Source: Oligoflexales bacterium
GTDB taxonomy: Bacteria; Bdellovibrionota_B; Oligoflexia; Oligoflexales; CAIYRB01
Length of the DNA: 50,175 bases
Assembly: GCA_041736175.1 (NCBI GenBank)
Contig: JBGSUI010000131.1
Location: 1-50,175, forward strand
Direction of reading: 5' to 3'
Shown here piece after piece: positions 47,611 to 50,175 of this stretch (positions are counted from its first letter, which is position 1; every line of letters starts with the position of its first letter). A program made the position numbers and the translations under genes. The notes below the pieces were generated by a model. The model ran no database searches. It saw nothing but the letters and a program-made list of their open reading frames with translations, and was not told the DNA's origin.

Positions 47611-49464
47611 ATGTCCTCCCCAAAGTCTTCCCCAAAGTCTTCCATAGACAAGCGGCTTGCAAGCCTCCGATCGACTCTCAAAACCCAACGCCTAGACGGC
47701 TACGTCGTCCCTAGCTCCGATGCCCATCAAAGCGAATACGTAGGGGCTCCCTGGAGGCGGCGAGAATTTATCTCGGGTTTTAGCGGATCGGCGGGAACCT
47801 TTGCCTGCACCTTAGACCAAGCCGGCCTTTGGACCGATGCCCGCTACTGGACCCAGGGCCAACAGCAACTCCAAGGAACCTCGGTGGCCCTTTTCCGCAG
47901 CGGTGCCCCCCATGTGCCGGATTGGCAGGATTGGCTGGTCAAAAACCTTGCCAAAGGGTCTCGGGTCGGACTTAATGGAAGTTTGTTTTCAATAGACCAA
48001 TACACGGCTCTAGAGAAAACCCTGACCCAAGCCGGACTCCAGCTTATTACGGTCGACCAAGATCCGATCGATGGGGTGTGGGGGCACGATCGTCCCGAAC
48101 TCCCATCAACCCCCGTGCGGATTCACCCACAGACTTTTGCAGGCGAGAGTGTCGACGAAAAACTAGGCCGGTTGCGCCAAAGATTTAAGGAGGAAAAGGT
48201 CCAAGGCCTCTTAGTCACAGCTCTCGACGAAATCGCCTGGCTCCTCAACCTTAGGGGAAATGATGTTGAGTTTAATCCCGTTTTTTATGCCTACCTATGG
48301 GTCGGAGAAACCCTGGTCAAGGTCTTTACCGATACCAGCAAAATCAGCGCTGATATCCGCGCCCACCTAGGATCACAGTTCCAGTGGGCACCCTATGGGG
48401 ATTTTATGGGTTTTTTGGCCACTCTGCCTAAAAGCCAACCTCTCTGGGTCGACCCCACAACGATCAATGCGGCCATCGGCAAGACCTTAGGGGACTATAG
48501 TCTTAAGACTTACGAGCAGCCCTCCCCTATTCCCGGATGGAAATCCGTCAAAAATGCGGCAGAACTCAACGGAATGGCCCAAGCCCACCGCCAAGATGGG
48601 GTGGCCCTGGTCAAGTTTCTACGGTGGATTAAAGAACATCCAAACGTGGATCAGCTGGACGAGATTAGCGTAGAAGTCCAGCTGGAAAAGTTTCGCAAAC
48701 TAAATACTGATTATATAGGGCCGAGTTTTGCGACCATCGCCGGGTTCGGGCCTAACGGGGCGCTTCCCCATTATCGGGCCACCCGCGAATCCAATCTCAA
48801 GCTAAAGTCTCCTGGAATCCTCCTCCTGGATTCGGGAGGCCAGTACGTCCAAGGGACGACGGATATCACCCGCACCATCGTCCTATCCCGTGGGGGTGCT
48901 GGCGACGTTCGCGCCCAGCAGGATTCCCTAGCCCAGCCCAAAAAAATCTACACCCTAGTCCTTAAATGCCACCTCCAGCTGGCTCGAACCCAATTTCCCC
49001 CAGGCACCCTAGGACTCCAGCTCGATGCGATCGCCCGCCAGCCTCTCTGGCAACACGGGCTCACCTATGGCCACGGGACCGGCCACGGTGTAGGAGCTGC
49101 TCTCTGCGTCCACGAAGGTCCGTTTAGTCTGTCGACCCGAAGAAACTTTCATCCTATCCAGATAGGTAACGTCCTCTCAAACGAGCCCGCATGTTACTTT
49201 GAAGGAGATTTTGGGGTTCGTATCGAAAACCTCGTCTCCGTGACCAGCAGGGCGTCCTCTGGACCTACCCCCTTTCTAGGCTTTGATGATCTGACCCTAT
49301 GCCCCTATGACCGAGACCTTATCGATCTAGAGATGCTCCATAGAGAGGAAATCTCCCAGGTGGACCGTTACCATGAAAGGGTTGTCGCCGAACTTTCAAG
49401 CCAGTTAAAAGATCAAGATCTCGATTTTCTAAAGAAAGTCTGCCGCCCACTGCAGGGGCCTTAA
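47611..49464 (+). CDS. Aminopeptidase P (M24B, Xaa-Pro aminopeptidase)
   Basis: DAHQSEY, SGFSGSAG, DSGGQY..GTTDITRT, HGTGHGVG..VHEGP, NEP, GVRIEN; start moved to ATG 47611 (GAGGTG RBS). Confidence 0.95.
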   Translation: MSSPKSSPKSSIDKRLASLRSTLKTQRLDGYVVPSSDAHQSEYVGAPWRRREFISGFSGSAGTFACTLDQAGLWTDARYWTQGQQQLQGTSVALFRSGAPHVPDWQDWLVKNLAKGSRVGLNGSLFSIDQYTALEKTLTQAGLQLITVDQDPIDGVWGHDRPELPSTPVRIHPQTFAGESVDEKLGRLRQRFKEEKVQGLLVTALDEIAWLLNLRGNDVEFNPVFYAYLWVGETLVKVFTDTSKISADIRAHLGSQFQWAPYGDFMGFLATLPKSQPLWVDPTTINAAIGKTLGDYSLKTYEQPSPIPGWKSVKNAAELNGMAQAHRQDGVALVKFLRWIKEHPNVDQLDEISVEVQLEKFRKLNTDYIGPSFATIAGFGPNGALPHYRATRESNLKLKSPGILLLDSGGQYVQGTTDITRTIVLSRGGAGDVRAQQDSLAQPKKIYTLVLKCHLQLARTQFPPGTLGLQLDAIARQPLWQHGLTYGHGTGHGVGAALCVHEGPFSLSTRRNFHPIQIGNVLSNEPACYFEGDFGVRIENLVSVTSRASSGPTPFLGFDDLTLCPYDRDLIDLEMLHREEISQVDRYHERVVAELSSQLKDQDLDFLKKVCRPLQGP

Positions 49465-49679
49465 TTTCACATGGCAAAAAAAACTCGGTCGAGAAGAATC
49501 CAAAAAAAACCTCTGCTTTCTTAAAGGAAACCTAGCTCGTATCATAAAATTGTTACAGGCAAGTCCCTTGTTTACCCCAGAAATGTCCATGGATATTTCT
49601 TTTCTTGAGGAGTTATAGGTTGAGTCTCGCTCACAAGAGTGAACTCAATGAACCTATAACTTTTATGAGAAACTCCCCC

Positions 49680-50175
49680 ATGACCTCAAACAATGATTCC
49701 TTTAACGATCCACAAAGTTTTTCCCACCAAGCTTCGTCTCTCGTGCCTCTCGATCCAAAAATCGATGTGGTCTTTCAGGCTCTTTTTGCGGATCCGCGTA
49801 TGAAGCCTTCTCTCATAGCCCTGCTCACGGCTGTGATCAAACCTCAGACTCCTATTGCGGACCTAGAACTTCTAAACACAAAGCTCACCAAAGACCGCCT
49901 CGAACACAAGGGCAGCGTCGTCGACATGTTGGTACGCCTTCAGGATGGGACCAAGGTGGATGTCGAGATGCAGATGCGCGCTAAAGGATCCCTGAGAAGT
50001 CGCGCCCTCTATTACTGGGCCAAGATCTTTGCCTCTGGGCTCCAGGTAGGCGACAAATACAGAAAGCTGATGCCTACCATTGTAGTGATTTTTCTCAATG
50101 AAATTGAATTCTTTGAGGATAAAAACCAATATCACCACGAGTTTTACGCCACTAGTCGCACCAATCCTAACTTAA
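49680..50175 (+). CDS. Rpn family recombination-promoting nuclease / PD-(D/E)XK putative transposase, runs off the window end
   Basis: Manual translation: LDPKIDVVFQALF...VVDMLVRLQDGTKVDVEMQ...RALYYWAK...Y..L.PTIVVIFL; alternative in-frame ATG at 49665; not in the ORF track because no stop lies in the window. Confidence 0.9.
   Translation, partial: MTSNNDSFNDPQSFSHQASSLVPLDPKIDVVFQALFADPRMKPSLIALLTAVIKPQTPIADLELLNTKLTKDRLEHKGSVVDMLVRLQDGTKVDVEMQMRAKGSLRSRALYYWAKIFASGLQVGDKYRKLMPTIVVIFLNEIEFFEDKNQYHHEFYATSRTNPNL

Noticed and set aside
49872..50138. 88-aa minus-strand ORF
   Set aside because: Antisense shadow of the Rpn gene
1..50175. CRISPR array, tRNA, rRNA or prophage
   Set aside because: No regularly spaced repeats, RNA gene signatures or phage structural genes seen by eye

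Overview
Bacterial chromosomal segment of roughly 50% GC. Gene content (many Cys/Pro-rich lipoproteins, deltaproteobacterial-style pil and cox clusters) suggests an Oligoflexia/Bdellovibrionota-like organism; this is inference only. In order: pdhABC; a reverse-strand surface-polysaccharide cluster (GT4, two GT2, RgpF-like); a very large class A PBP-like protein; a VWA lipoprotein; a seven-gene heme-copper oxidase cluster (di-heme cyt c4, subunits II, I, III, IV, III', small CxxC protein) with divergent SCO, PCuAC and thioredoxin-like genes; alpha-carbonic anhydrase; secreted zinc metallopeptidases and lipoproteins; SGNH hydrolase and CBS; pilM-pilN-pilP-pilQ without pilO; TPR protein, aroQ, phoD; LMW-PTP; nadE; a Schlafen/AlbA-domain gene; comM; aminopeptidase P; and the 5' part of an Rpn (PD-(D/E)XK) gene missing from the ORF track. 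The most striking observation is oxidase subunit I. It keeps all metal ligands, the cross-linked Tyr and the core D-channel, but all four canonical K-channel residues are apolar, including a natural equivalent of the K362M knockout. New intramembrane Glu/Asp/His residues appear in subunits I and II, suggesting an alternative ion pathway or chemistry. Other candidates are four sigma54-type promoters in front of secreted proteases and tiny peptides, an operator-flanked Schlafen gene, and a repeated 8-mer in the cbs-pilM intergenic region. I found no rRNA, tRNA or CRISPR array.
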